A stretch of DNA of 64,000 nt from Antedon mediterranea. Lineage: Eukaryota > Animalia > Echinodermata. Both the position numbers and the translations under genes were made by a program. Of this stretch, positions 1-13,931 are shown piece by piece (position 1 is the first letter of the stretch; every line of letters begins with the position of its first letter). Location of the stretch: the NCBI RefSeq assembly GCF_964355755.1, contig NC_092671.1:24068070-24132069 (forward strand), read 5' to 3'. The notes under the pieces are model-generated. The model was not told where the DNA came from. It did not search any database and saw only the letters and a list, made by a program, of their open reading frames with translations.

Positions 1-364
1 ATTAAGTAAATGGGATATGAATAATACTGGTAATTGTATGTTATGTAAGTATGAACCTGAAGATTTATATCATTTTATGTTAAATTGTAAAGTACTGTAC
101 TACTAAGTGCGAATTTCAGAATTTGAATGCTTGGAACAAAACCTTAATGATTCCGGTCTATCAGATCTATGGAATTCACTCCAGTTAAATAATTCAGATG
201 TTATTTTAATGATTATACTTGGTGGTGATTGTTCTGTTCTCATTCCAACAATTTCGATGAATATGGTAAACAAAGCCCATGGCATTCTTGATAAATTCTG
301 CAAATCATACCTTAAGAAAGCATGGGCCTTTAGACAACGTATCAAGTCTAACATTATTGAATGA
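1..364 (+). mobile_element. 3' end of non-LTR retrotransposon ORF2 (CCHC zinc knuckle), decayed
   Basis: Frame 2 reads GNCMLCKYEPEDLYHFMLNC, an in-frame stop, then continues into ORF 107-364. Confidence 0.65.
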
Positions 365-1822
365 TTTTATATTTTATATTGTATGTAATTTGGTTTAGTT
401 ATCTTATTGTTTTCTTTATCTCTTTTTTGATCAATTCTGTTTACAGTCATTGAATAATTCACTACAGCTGAAATAATCTAATCTATGCTTTCTTGTTTAT
501 TGATGTCCCTAATTTGGGTTCCAATTGTTCCCTTTTTTTTGCTGGTAGACACTGTGTATCAGTATATCTTGTGACAAAGTCACACTAATTGATATGCTAA
601 TTTAGTGTCCAAGGTTATGTATATGGGTTGCATTTAATTGGTATTATATTTTTAATTTGGTTTAGAGGAGGGTGGTTATCAAATTTTCGTTTTATTTGAG
701 TTTTATCTGTTTTAATCTAATCTACTTTTTTTTATCCTCATATATTTTTTATATTGCATGTTTAATTGTTTTAAGGATGCACCATTATTATGTGTGCCGC
801 TGTTCAAAAAGCGTTTTCCGAATAAATTATTATTATTATTATAGTAGATATATATATTTTTTTAAATTACCATCTTCTTCTTCTATTGTCTTGAAACGAA
901 AGCAATAAAAACGAATAATTAATTTTGTAGTTTTAACAAAATTAATCACTTCCGTAGAAAAAAAAATGCTTTCCGTAATAAAATGTCAAATAAGCGGTTA
1001 TATCTAACCAACAATATGACTATTTTTTTGGCTTTAGATTACAGTATTTTTAAGGTAAACAATTGTAAATATCTATTAAGCCTATGTGACATTAAAATTA
1101 CATATTTAAAAAAAAACAAAATATGTTTTTAAAATTATTTTTTCAGGGACAATATATATTTAGAATCATTTTGAAACAATTCCTCTAAATTACCAACATA
1201 ATTATTTTTTTATTCGTGGGAAAATTATAACATGATAAATTTGTGACACTTATGATCGAATTTCTGTTTGTAAAACGATATACACTGTACGTCAATACAG
1301 ATAATAGTGTATAGCTTTTGCCGTTTACAATTACCACATATTGCATGTTACAATAACCCGATACATCTATTTTATCGATGTGGCTTAAAAACCTATACGA
1401 TTAGAATCTTTCAACAGAACGAACAGTGTTACTTTAACAGCCTAATGCTATTGCCTAATGTTGTGGTTATTTTTAATATTTGTAATTATTGAAACTGAAG
1501 GTTGTGCTGAGGTGTTCCCTAGATATTCATTTCCAGTGGGTCCCGGGCGAATACTTTCATCCAAACTATTCGTTTCAAAACCCTTTTAAAAGGAAACGTT
1601 TATATTTGTTTCTGTTGTTGAATGTTTTTGAGAAGCTTTGTATATTATTATTATTATTATTTGATAGAACATCAACTTTTATTTCAGTGGTACACACTGA
1701 ATTGGTGAGTTCTAGGAACTAAAACTGACACTTATATCAAAAGCTTTCTATCATTTGAATGCTCCTTAAACCTGGAAAAAGTGCTAAAACAAGCAAAAAA
1801 TGTATTATATGTGCTTGTAAGT

Positions 1823-2174
1823 TTAAAGGTGTATTGTCCCCCAAAATCATGAAAAATATAGATTTTTAAAATCGGTCTTTGAATAGACCATTTTGCAGTT
1901 TTAATGAAGTTGTTCACTTACATAAGAAAAAAAACGGGGAAAAAAAATTATTTCATCTATAAAAAGACAAAATAAACACTTAAATTACTCAAAAACTCAT
2001 TGTCTTCCAGACAATTTGACAATTTTTTGCTTTAAATTACATTTTTCTCAGGTAAATACATTTTTTTCAGACCCAATTTTTTGTGAGAGTGAATAACTAT
2101 TATGTGACATTAAAATAACATATTCAACAAAAAAATTTTAACAAATATTTTTTTAGAGGGACAATATATCTTTA
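1823..2174. mobile_element. Kolobok-like MITE (degenerate)
   Basis: ttaa-aggtgtattgtccc ... gggacaatatatct-ttaa; same TIR as the 6573 family. Confidence 0.65.
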
Positions 2175-2674
2175 AATAAAAAACAAATATTTTTACTCTA
2201 TAGCTCACCATGTCGGTCGGTTGGTCGGTCGGTAAACACTAACTTGTATATGGCCTTGCCTTGATATCAGTTTCATCTAGCTAAGTCAATTTTTTACCGG
2301 ATATTCCTTATGGCCAGGAATAATCGATGTGGTTATGTTTTCAAGGTGCGCAATCAACAATTACTCGGTCTACGCACGATTTAACGAAATCACGTTTGTC
2401 ATCATATCTTCACAAGCATGAATCACAATTAAATAAAATTTGGTACTCGTATATTTCAGGTCATATTTCATCATATGGCAATACAATTACATGCGTAGCG
2501 CATATAACGCATGCGTACGCGCGCTTAAAATTGTCAACATTTATTTTCGATGAAATTAGAGTACGTATCAGGCAATTTTAAGCGTTTAAAAAATTGCATT
2601 GCGCGTCAAACATTAATATGCACTCTTTTTGCCCGATTTCTGTTTTACAACCTTTCTTTAATAATAATCATCAC

Positions 2675-2810
2675 GAATCTCCATGTAGGGCTTTTTCTTT
2701 CCAGCCCTTGGTTTTCTCCTCTTGCCACCTCTTCTGATACCGTAATCTATAAGAGTTCCTTTTTCATCGAACACCTTCTCCTTTAAATCAAATTGCAGCA
2801 TCCACTGTAG
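2675..2810 (-). mobile_element. Fragment of R4/Dong-like non-LTR retrotransposon
   Basis: Minus-strand translation YRLRYQKRWQEEKTKGWKEKALHG resembles the W-x-x-K-x-LHG motif downstream of RT in RLE-type LINEs. Confidence 0.45.
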
Positions 2811-5536
2811 TAGTTTTACTTTACTCTACACTATGTTGGTCGGTTGGTCGGTCGGGTGGTTGGTCGGTCGGTTGGTCGGTCGGTCGGTCGGTAAACACTA
2901 ACTCAAATTTGAGCACACGACTGCAGCCATGTATATGGCCTTGTTTTTAATTACAATAATATTTTAATTTGCAAAGTACAATATGTATTAACTACCGAAT
3001 GTGGATAGGATATTTAAGTGTTTTTGTTGGTTGTAATAAAAAGATGAGATGCAACCAAAAAACTGGGTTGAAAACATGGGAGAAAAAACAATTTTGGTAG
3101 AGTGAGATAGTTATACAAATACTTTCTAGTTTATAGTGATTGCATGATCACTTGGATTTGAAAACTTTTAATTGAAGAATGACATTTTTAATATTGTAGT
3201 ACAATCACTGAAACGGAACTGGATAAAAGGGTTATTATTCTGGTCCAGTAAAGTCACAGTGTATGTACATGTATGAAATTCGCTAATTAGATCCAAATAA
3301 CTAATATTTAACGCATTTTCGAATTTATTTGTATTTATTGATACGCCAAAATAATAGTTATTTTAATACAGAACCAGGCAGAAAAATTATAAATATAGGC
3401 CTATATAAGAGATTAAATTTACAGATTCATATGTGGGGAACAGATACATTGTGTCACACAACAAATCCTTGTACAATCAAAACTTGATTTACAAAAATTA
3501 GTGTCAACGATAATAGTTTGAATTCTTTACGATAAATAGTAGATAAACGTAATTTCGGCCTTTCAAATAACTGGATGAATTCTTTTCTATACAAAAAAAC
3601 AATTCCAAGACAATGGAAAAATAAAAGTTTTAATGTTACAGATAATATTCAGAGATAAAGCTGGAAACAAATTTATATAGACAAAACGCCTCCGTGAAAA
3701 CGATTTACAATGATTTCCTCTGATCCCAATGTACAAACAAAATTTAGAATCGTTAGATTAGAGTAAAATTTGGTATGAAGTATATACTAATGAGCAAATC
3801 GCAAAAATGTATTCTTACTTTTACATATAATAATAAAAAGGAACTTATGATACAGTAACCATATACAGTAATACCGTGTCTCATATATGCGATACTTAAA
3901 TAGCAATATAAGATGAGAGGCACAAGCTAATTGAGTGTGAAAAAACGCTTCTTTTTAAAGTAATTTCGTTAACATGATAAACGGGTGCTAGATTATATTC
4001 TTATAGTCGTGAATCAATTATTTTTGTTCTCTTTCGTGAGGGAATCTTTTATTTTCAATTTGAATTGTCTATACTTGGTGTAGCTAATGATCTTGTTAAT
4101 GAGCTGCTATCGGGTTTAATTTATATTTAATTTACAAGACATGTGTCCTACTACTTACCGTAAATGTATGGTTTATACACTAAAGAAATAAAAAAATATT
4201 AAGAGAAACACCACAGATTTAAATACAAAACAACGAATCGTTCAAAATACATTGTGTAATAAGCATTATGTTGTTTTTAAAATTAGTTTATGATTAAGTG
4301 TATTCTTTTTTTTGTATACCTACATAATTATCTTAACTTTTACTTTGTTAAAGTCCATTAACATATGCGGTATTTTCTTATTAACTCATTTTTTTTTTAA
4401 ACTAAAAACCATTAATTGTCTTATATCTATTTTTCTTGCCTCTTATACCCACTGTTTTTTAAATCTATCTTATACATTACACTCATCAATTATTTTTTAC
4501 ATAAAAAATTAAAACAATTACAAGTGCATTATGTGTTTCTATTTTCTCTATAAAACATTTGAAATGTCCATAAATATTTATCTGGACTTTTTATAAAATT
4601 CCCCTCTCATATAAAAATAAATCTTTTTGTAGCGCATTATTTGTTATGATAAAACATTTTTTTCGCATTTCATTTTTAAAATGTCAGACCATTATTTATT
4701 ATGATTTTTGCAATGAGCCTTCTATTTATACAGAATTGTAGTAGTGAAAATAAGTTAGCTCGCTTGATGTTTGCGATACAAAAATGATATCATTATGCAA
4801 GATAGTTAAACATTTTAAATTAGATTCCTATTTTCAGGCCTATGTGCAACATTATGCTTTTACCTACATCAGTTTGTTACAATTTGTTTCCTTGTTAAGA
4901 ATTAGATCATTATTTTTTCTCTTATTCTCAAACGTTTGTTTTGTCTACAGGCCTGTTTTTGCCGCACATCCTCAAAATACGGTATAAAAAACGGTAGGGC
5001 CTATACTTTATACCGTATTTTTTAGTACCTCGTTTCTGCTAGAAGTACTACCCTGGGTGGTCGTGTTAAAATGCATCTTTTTTACCCAACCTGCCTTTCG
5101 ATCCCCCAACATGAAGTTATTCCTTCCTTGCTCGAATTAGAAATTTGTCTGGCGATGGTGAAGCCTCTACTTTCAAAGTCTCTGTTTTGTTGATTGTTTC
5201 AACGACACATTCGCACACCCCATACTTTTTTTCATTTTTGCTAAATTATCTTTCTAAATTTGGCTGTCCTGTTTGTTGCTTTTTAATTTTCCCGAAATAT
5301 TTGTTTCCCCCAACATATTATTTGCAAATGTTTTGATTTTGTTCCTTAATTTCATTGAATATAGATTATCTAAATTCGGATACCCAAAATACGGTATAAA
5401 TTTTTAAATACCGTAGTTTATCCACAAATTTTGTGCGGAAAATATGGTATATAAAATACGGTATGATTTATCCCATAAAGTCTGAACGTTCGTGTTTGTC
5501 TAAAATAAAATATAAAAAAAAAAATTAAGAACTTAC

Positions 5537-5603
5537 CTAAAGTTGATAAACTTTGAGACAACAAGAGTGTAAGAAGCAAGATGGGCCAGCTCGGTGCCAT
5601 CAT
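5537..5603 (-). CDS. Signal-peptide first coding exon of an unidentified secreted/membrane protein
   Basis: MMAPSWPILLLTLLLSQSLSTL + G|gtaagt (phase 1); hydrophobic core and strong donor; downstream exons not established. Confidence 0.6.
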
Positions 5604-5845
5604 GCTGGTTGACGGGCTAAACAAGCCCAATTCAAACACTTAAATATCGGACAAATTAAGACCAAAATTTAAAAACCAAAATAAATATACAGTTTAAATT
5701 AGTTTCCTGTTTTTTTTCAAACGCAAAATTCCTGCCAAACACTAACTTAGTAGCTAGTGAATATATGCAGGACTCTCTGGAATGATTTACGTCCAGAAAT
5801 ACTACATTCATAGAAATATAACTTCTTTTAGACTGTCAATTAGTT

Positions 5846-5890
5846 ATGCAAATCTGCAATTGCATAGGTGACAAAGTATTGGACGATTGG
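5846..5890 (-). promoter_or_regulatory. Candidate promoter elements (octamer and two CCAAT boxes)
   Basis: ATGCAAAT at 5846-5853; ATTGG at 5878 and 5886 (CCAAT on minus), about 250-290 nt upstream of the signal-peptide ATG. Confidence 0.3.
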
Positions 5891-6572
5891 TTGAAGTTTA
5901 TTATGACAACACAGTATAAAGTATTGTAAAATTCACGACTGATTAGTGATAACAACCCGTGGAGGCAACTCCTTTGTGATGAACATTTTCAATTCGGAAA
6001 TCGATGTTCAACCAGCTGTTGACAACGATGAAATAATATATCAGCGCCGTGATTGTGTAATGATCTACTCGAAATAAGAGATTCTGAATTGATCAACACT
6101 GTACATAAGAACCGATTATTATCATGTGTGCTGATATTACCATTGTTTATTTTAACTCAAATATTAAAATTATTATAAATAATCATTAATGCGAGACATC
6201 GAGGTCTCATTTCCGACAAAGCCGCGAGATGAAGTATACCGTCATCGATATTCAAAAGTTTAACATGTGATATTTTCAGATATATAGGTATTATCATGTT
6301 ACACAAAGAGAAATACAAAATTCAAACTACAAACTGTTATTTTAGAACAAAACTGTTTTTACATAGCCACACTAATAAATACATATCATGGGAAAGATCA
6401 TTTGAGCAATTTTATTCAGGAATTACAAGTTTTATACTAAATCCTGAATCTGGTGTCCTTTTCCTGGTTGTCTCTGTCCCCTCTTTCATTGTGTCTCAGG
6501 CAGACCCGATTCAAGATCCTGTATCTTTCTTTCTGTTTTTATCATCTTAACTTTCGACTATAGTTATATATA

Positions 6573-7124
6573 TTAAAGATGTATTGTCCCTTGAAACACA
6601 AAAAAATGAAGGTCAAAATATTCTAAATTTAAAGTGGCCATATCAAAGTAATATTAAAGTTATTCACTTTAAGTCGAAAATTTGAGCCAAAAACCACAAG
6701 TTTACGTAATTAACAGGTAAATTAGTTTGATTACATTTCATCTGGAAAATCGTCACGAGCGAAAGTAAACAAAGATTTCAAACCATGAGTACGCATTATG
6801 CATATGCTAAATTAGGATTGTTTACAACTCGTCACGGTTAAGAAGGTATTTTCACACAGATCATGAGGAAGTTTTATGATTATGCATACAGAGTAGCCAA
6901 AAAGCGCGTTTCATTATGGGATATGTTTTGATTGAAAACTTTGACTGGAAGTCAAAGTTATTTTTTTAACAAAAAACGTCTGTATTTCAGTTAAATTTTT
7001 TGTTTTCGACAAATTTTTGGTGATAGTTAATAACTATTATGATACTTCAAAATGACCCATCTTTTTTCGAAATCTTTTATTTTTTATTTTGTTGGAATTA
7101 GTCAAAGGGACAATACATCTTTAA
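6573..7124. mobile_element. Kolobok-like MITE
   Basis: TTAA TSD, TIR AGATGTATTGTCCCTT/AAGGGACAATACATCT; near-identical copy at 43412-43966. Confidence 0.85.
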
Positions 7125-7508
7125 TATTTTGTTTGCATTACTGTTTTAATCAAAAAGCATAAAATAAATATTATTTTGAAAGCAGCTACTAAAATTAATG
7201 ATGAGTCGGCTCGTCGACCTTCAAAACACAACATTACTACAACCTGTTTCATCTTGAAGTAGGAAAAACTAACTAAAAATCATGTAGATTAATGAAAGCC
7301 GTTTTTTACTATAGTAGATCGCCTAGTGTCAATCAAATGCCGAAAAAAGATTTCGTTTTACACGTTCTATGAAATCTTCCAGTGTGGGGTATTTTTACAC
7401 ACTTGACCCTATAGAAGAGAAAATGCAGCACTTTCTGTATTTTGTTTGTTTGACACGTTTAAAAAATACAATGCTTGCGAAATCGTGTTAGTGATGAATG
7501 GAAGAGAT

Positions 7509-9887
7509 TTACTCTAGTAGCTAGATCAACTTTTGTATGCACTTTGAGGTCCAGAGAATTTGACTTCAGAAATTGGTTTAGGATGGTCAAACAATCATTA
7601 TTGCCTTGGTTACACATTTTGAAAATGTTGCAAAAGGTCAAAAGGTCAGGGTGAAAGGTTATCAAACTAAACACCAATAGGTCCTTAAATCTCAACAACC
7701 ACTGGTCACAGCGAGGTCCCAAATTGGTCCCAAATTGATCAGAAGGTATACATTTATATTCAGTCTAATGGGACATTTTAGTAAAAAATGACCGGAAATG
7801 CCATTTCTGACCTTTGACCCACACCCCAGGGCATGTATGTATCTCCGTAACTACTGACCGTAGACACTTGAATTTGGTCTTAAATTGTTCGAAATTAATA
7901 TTTTATTATTTGTTGCACATTTTTAAAAATGTTACAAAAGGTCAAGGGTCAGGGTCAACGGTTATATGAACAAATATAAATAGATACTTGTATCTTGGCA
8001 ACCACTCGTCGTCAATTTTAGTCTCAAAATGTTCAGAAGGCATGCTTTCATATTCAATCTAATGGGACATTTTAGTCAAAAATGATCAGAAATGCCATTT
8101 CTGACCTTTGACCCACATATCATGGCATATTCATATCTCTGTAAGTACTGGTCGTAGAAACTTAAATTTGGTATCAAATTGTTCGAAATATACATATTTA
8201 CATTCATTGTAATAGAAAATGTGGTTAAAAGATGAACAGAAATACTATTACTAATGTTTCAAACAAAAAACATATCTCTACATAACTTATACTTAGACAA
8301 TAATGTTATGCAATAACTGATACTTTAAATTGTTTCAATTTCAAGAACTAGTTATTGCTGTCCCCAAGAACATTTTGATAGAAACGTCAAGCTCAACAAT
8401 TCTTTTCAGAATGCTAGAAGTAACTTGCGATGTGTATCCGATTAAACGCCCCGGGCATTTATTGTTCAAAGGGGTATTTAGGGGGAGGGGAGGAATCTTT
8501 ATTTGGGGTATAATATGGTAATATGTATAATCAAATAAATACCACCTAGATGTAAAAAAAAAAAAAATACAGCACAATTAATATCAAAAAGTGAAAAAAT
8601 GCTTGGTAAATTGTAGATTATTAATTGATTGTTAATGTAATGTGTTGTGATACAATTATTGTGTAAATGCATGTGGCGGGCGTATTCCACATGATGTTCT
8701 ATTGGAGGGAATGGTGGCGTTTATTTGAGGGAGGCTTTTATTCAAAGCGGGTGTTAATTCGAATAAATACTCTAATTTTAATACACATTTCATTAACTAC
8801 CATAATCTACAAGCATTTGACATAATTTTATCATTTTTTGATATTAATTGTGCTGTATTTTTTTACATCTAGGTGGTATTTATTTCATTATACATGTTAC
8901 CATATTATACCCCAAATAAAGATGCCCCCCCCCTCCCCCTAAAAACCTTTTTGAACAATAAATTCCCGGGGTGTTTAATCGGATACACATGGCAAGTTAC
9001 TTCTAGCATTCTGAAAAGAACTGTTGAGCTTGACGTTTATATCAAAATGTTCTCGTGGACAGCAATAACTAGTACTTGAAATTGAAACAATTTAAAGTAT
9101 CAGTTATTGCATAACATGTTTTTTGTTTGAAACATTAGTAATAGTATTTTCTGTTCATCTTTTAACCACATTTTCTATTACAATGAATGTAAATATGTAT
9201 ATTTCGAACAATTTGATACCAAATTTAAGTTTCTACGACCAGTACTTACAGAGATATGAAGATGCCCTGGTATGCGGGTCAAATGTCAGAAATGGTATTT
9301 CTGATCATTTTTTACTAAAATGCCCCATTAGACGCAATATAAATGCATGCCTTCTGAACATTTTGAGACCAAAATTGACTTGCTGCGACCAGTGGTTGCC
9401 GAGATACAAACACCTTTATTTATTTGTTTATATAACCCTTGACCCTGACCCTTTGACCTTTTGTAACATTTTTCAAAATGTGTAACAAATAACAAAATAT
9501 ATATTTCGAACAATTTAAAACCAAATTCAAGTGTCTACAACCAGTAGTTACGGAGATAAATACATGCCCTGGGTTGTGGGTCAAAGGTCAGAAATGGCAT
9601 TTCCGGTCATTTTGAACTAATATGTCCCATTAGACTGAATATAAATGTATACCTTCTGATCAATTTGAGACCAAAATTACTTCGCTGTGATCAGTGGTTG
9701 TTGAGATTTAAGGACATATTGGTGTTTGGTCTTATGACCTTTCACCCTGACCTTTTGACCTTTCGCCACATTTTCAAAATGTGTAACCAAGCCAAAAATG
9801 ATTGTTTGACCATCCTAAACCAATTTCTGAAGTCAAATTCTCAGGACCTCAAAGTGCATACGAAAGTTGATCTAGCTACTAGAGTAA
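7509..9887. mobile_element. Foldback-type palindromic element (about 1.1-kb inverted arms)
   Basis: ttactctagtagctagatcaacttt... at 7509 is inverted as ...aaagttgatctagctactagagtaa at 9887; arms pair to about 8600/8825 and carry ~300-bp subrepeats; truncated copy at about 30415-30640. Confidence 0.85.
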
Positions 9888-12370
9888 TTAGAGATTTAGT
9901 AGAGGGTTGGGTCATTATTCAGAAAATTATTTTCGTGCACAATTAAATTGTCTTGAGAGAGAATAATGCTATGGGGTAGCCTTAGTATAATTAGAAACCA
10001 TTATTTTAATGTGAACCACCCGGGTATGAAAAAAAATGATAAATCAAATATTTCTTAAAATATAAATAATATAAACTAAAATATAAAAGAAAATATTGAA
10101 TCATTTTATTTCAATTTTTTTTCTTTCAAAATAGTATAAGAAGAAATAAAAGTATAGAGAGAATTCATATGTGTTGATGAGAATCTTATACTGATTTTCA
10201 AACGAAAATTGAAATGTATAAACCAAAATTTCGAGGTATGTTATTTTGAAATCAGTATTACAATTAATATAAAGTAGTTGTTCAAAAAACAAGAGCACAA
10301 TTAGTTTGGGGTTGGGTTTATTTTACCGACTCTAATATGCTCGCATCTGATCATACATCTGAATACAGCTGATATACCGTTATATCACAGTATATGTATT
10401 ATATAAACTGTAGAATTGTCTTTAAATGAAAATTACCAAAATGAACGGAACTAAAAATTAAAAAAATTACGTAATTCACTTCCATATTTGGACGTCACAA
10501 AAAATACATATCATTTTTACATATTCATTCAATCTTTTATTTCGGAATCTCTGGTATAGGTATAGAAAGTAAAAACACTGTAGGCCTACTGATTAATTGC
10601 TAAAAGACGATACGCTCTCATTTCAAGATGGCTTTCCACCTGGAGAGCATCTTTGACTTATATAAGACGTTGTGTATAAACGTTGAGACTAAAACATTTT
10701 CACTTAAATTAATTAAGTCACCAGGCCATATATTGATTATTCTTTAAAATCCATAAAAAGAATGAATTCTACACTCTGTAAACATGAGGCTGGCACTACA
10801 ATGTCGATTCATTTGCAACAGCATTCTTAACCCATTATTGTAGCATACCTGAAGAGATCAGGGTAATTAGTTAAAATAATTAGAATCAATCACCTATCTT
10901 GATACAACAAGTTTCGTGATGATAAAACGCTCATTTTAAGTTGGCTATTAAATACGTTATGTCAATTAGGCCTATAGATTAAACCACTGTCTGTACACAA
11001 GGTGTTGGTGCGAAAGGGCAAACAATTTCGCATTAATGCAGGTAAAATCAAGCATGTACCAGTTAAAAAAATTGATATAATTTCATTACATTTTCAACAA
11101 AATTCATAAAATAAAACAATTAAAAAACTATTGACTACATTGTAATATGTAGCAATGTTAGGCCCCTAGTCTGTTAGACTAAATACTAATTATTGATATG
11201 CTACAATCAATAAATGATTATTTGATATTGGCGGCCATTTTGAAAAAAATCAGATGATTTATTCTTGTAACTATAATAATTATTCTACAGGCGTAAAATG
11301 TTACAAATCCCCCTAATTAAATATTAAAAACATCTAAAATGTACAATAATCTGATACAAAAATATATGGTGGCCATTTTAAAATAGGTGGGCACTCACTT
11401 ATGATGAAAAGTTTGTGTCCGCTTATTTTCATTTTCATGTCCACCAAATTGGTCGTTAAACAAAATGTAAACGATCTACCTGTTTTTTCTTGATTAGAAC
11501 CCCTTCTATTACTGTATAGGTGATGTGGGTAGGCCTACTCCACATGTTTAATAACAGGACAAGGTATGTTCTATCCATATTATCGGAAGAAGGATATCAC
11601 AAGCTCGTATACGTTAAACTAGAATATTAAGATTCGGATCAGCTCAACACTAGCAGAAACTCATGCAAAAAAAAAAAAATATATACTAAAATGAACAATA
11701 TTGACCTAGACTCAAGAAATTGAAGAACTGACAATTTAGAAGCCAACGTTTCACCAAAAAGTATCATATTATTATGATATCCATTTTTTCAGTACAATGT
11801 ACTTTTTTCTGTTAAGGGTAATACTGTATAAAACAAAATTAGTTTTGTAATTAACAAACTATAATATAAAAGTTGAGGGTTGAGGTACAAAAACATGATA
11901 TGTGTACAATCAATGATATCACACTTGCTACAACAAATAAAGAGAAACAATTATGGGAAGTAATTGCTATCTAATTTTAATATTTACGTAGAGCAGGAGG
12001 TGTATTTGTTAAAAGATTGAATGTGCATATGACGACAAATTGTCATTTAAGGTAAAAATTAATGGATAAAGCTAAATATTTTTTCATAATACACTTATTT
12101 CATTACTTGGGAATAAACATTTAAAAAAAAATGTATGCAGCCATATTGATCAAATATCAAGTGTAAATTTAATTTTGATAAAAAATACAAGTAGGCCTAG
12201 ATGTATAAATAAATAAATAAAATCTAAATATTGGATTTACTAAAAATATCAAAAACAATTTACAGCATGTAATATAAATATATAATAATAAATTACATTT
12301 TATTTCTCTCATGATTTAATAAAGGATATTCACTTCACATAAAATACACAATTATAAATGTTAATTAGTA

Positions 12371-12549
12371 AGCATGGTTCCCACTAGCGACGCAACACAA
12401 GGACGTAACGCAATGCAAGTGAATTGACCAATCACAAGCGATGGCTTATTCGCTTGTGATTGCTAACTGTCTATAACTTCGCTTGTCATTGGTTAAAACG
12501 TTCGCGTTGCATTTACGTCCTTGTGTTACGTTCTAGTGGGAACCAAGCT
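12371..12549. mobile_element. Short palindromic MITE (PIF/Harbinger-like)
   Basis: agcatggttcccactag..acacaaggacgtaa versus ttacgtccttgtgt..ctagtgggaaccaagct; TA-containing 3-nt flanks. Confidence 0.7.
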
Positions 12550-13931
12550 ATAGGATACAAGGTGAAAACAGTAAAGGTTATATTATAGTATGTACTAAGA
12601 TCTTATGTTTAATTATCTTCTGACCAATGTCATATTATAGTTGACTGTTTACAAAAATATTTTACTCCATTTACCTTTTATTTTCCACAGGAAAATAATG
12701 ACTAAAATTATTTTATCTCACCAACTTTTAATTAAGTATTGATTGGACTTTATCAGCTGTAAAAATGGACTGGATATATTCTAAAAAAATTTCAAGTAGG
12801 ATTGGATCACTGAAATGTAGATCAGATAGAGCGTGATACAGCAGTAGTCTAAATAAACAATAGAAAGTTGGATCAGCAGGTAAAAGTTTTGAGTTAAATT
12901 TGTTTAAGGTTTTCATATTTACTAAGTATTTGGAATATTATTACAGCAATACAGGATTTTATTTAACACCACTATGTTGTGATGGGGGGGGGGGGGGGGA
13001 ATGAAAATGAAGATTTATACAATAACAAAAAATGAAATAAAAGATTACTTATGTTGAACAATATTGTCTTATAATAAAAAAAATTATGTTTCTTTTTGTA
13101 TTTACAATGAAATATATGTGTATACTATTATTTACATATTCTAAATACATTTTATACTTTGAGCATATACAGTACATTATAACAGGTATTTGTACATGAA
13201 ATTGTACTATGCACACAGTATGTAAAGTAATGTACTCAAGAATAACAAATTGAACAAGTTACAAAGACACAATAAATGTAAACAAATATCTATCATGACT
13301 AAGTAATGGGATGTTTATTAAATTTAAAACTACCATAAACATTATTTAATACTAGAGGGTATTCTCGCTTTGCTCTCACACCTTCTAGAGTAAGTGTACA
13401 CATATGGTTTGCAGGAAACTTTAAGAATGCCTAGGGTAAACTTTAGCCTTGTTACGTTGTCATAAGTATGTAAATTTGTGTAAGTGTATTGAGCAATACC
13501 TACCAAGTCTCACCCAAGGCATGAAACTTGGGCGAGGCTCACGCGGGCTAGCATGCTTCTTAGACAGGCTGAGAGTAGTAGGATTAGCAACCATGTATTT
13601 TGGGCACGCAAAACCGGAAAGTATGTATTTAAAGCAATCCACAGGATTTATTTATATGTCATTTTAGACAAATATGGTAGAGTATCATATAAAATAAAAT
13701 CAACCTATCGCTGAACATTAGTTAGGTTGAATAACCAAGATGTTTAGTATACACAACAATTTTGCAAAAAATTAGTATAGGCTCTCTCGACTTTAAAGTA
13801 TTTTCAAATTGTTTACTTATGGTTAAATTTCGTTGGATTAAAAACAAGGAGGTACAAAAGATTGAAAAATCAGATACTTTCTCATAATCGAATACATGTA
13901 AAAGAGAGGTGCTAGATGACACATACACCAA

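Noticed and set aside
1688-1707. Plus-strand microexon-like signal (atttcag...gtgagt)
   Set aside because: No partner exons on the plus strand; likely a chance match.
7459-9946. Similar short ORFs (7459-7722, 9123-9485, 9665-9946) as a paralogous gene family
   Set aside because: They are mirror translations of the foldback arms with no protein motifs.
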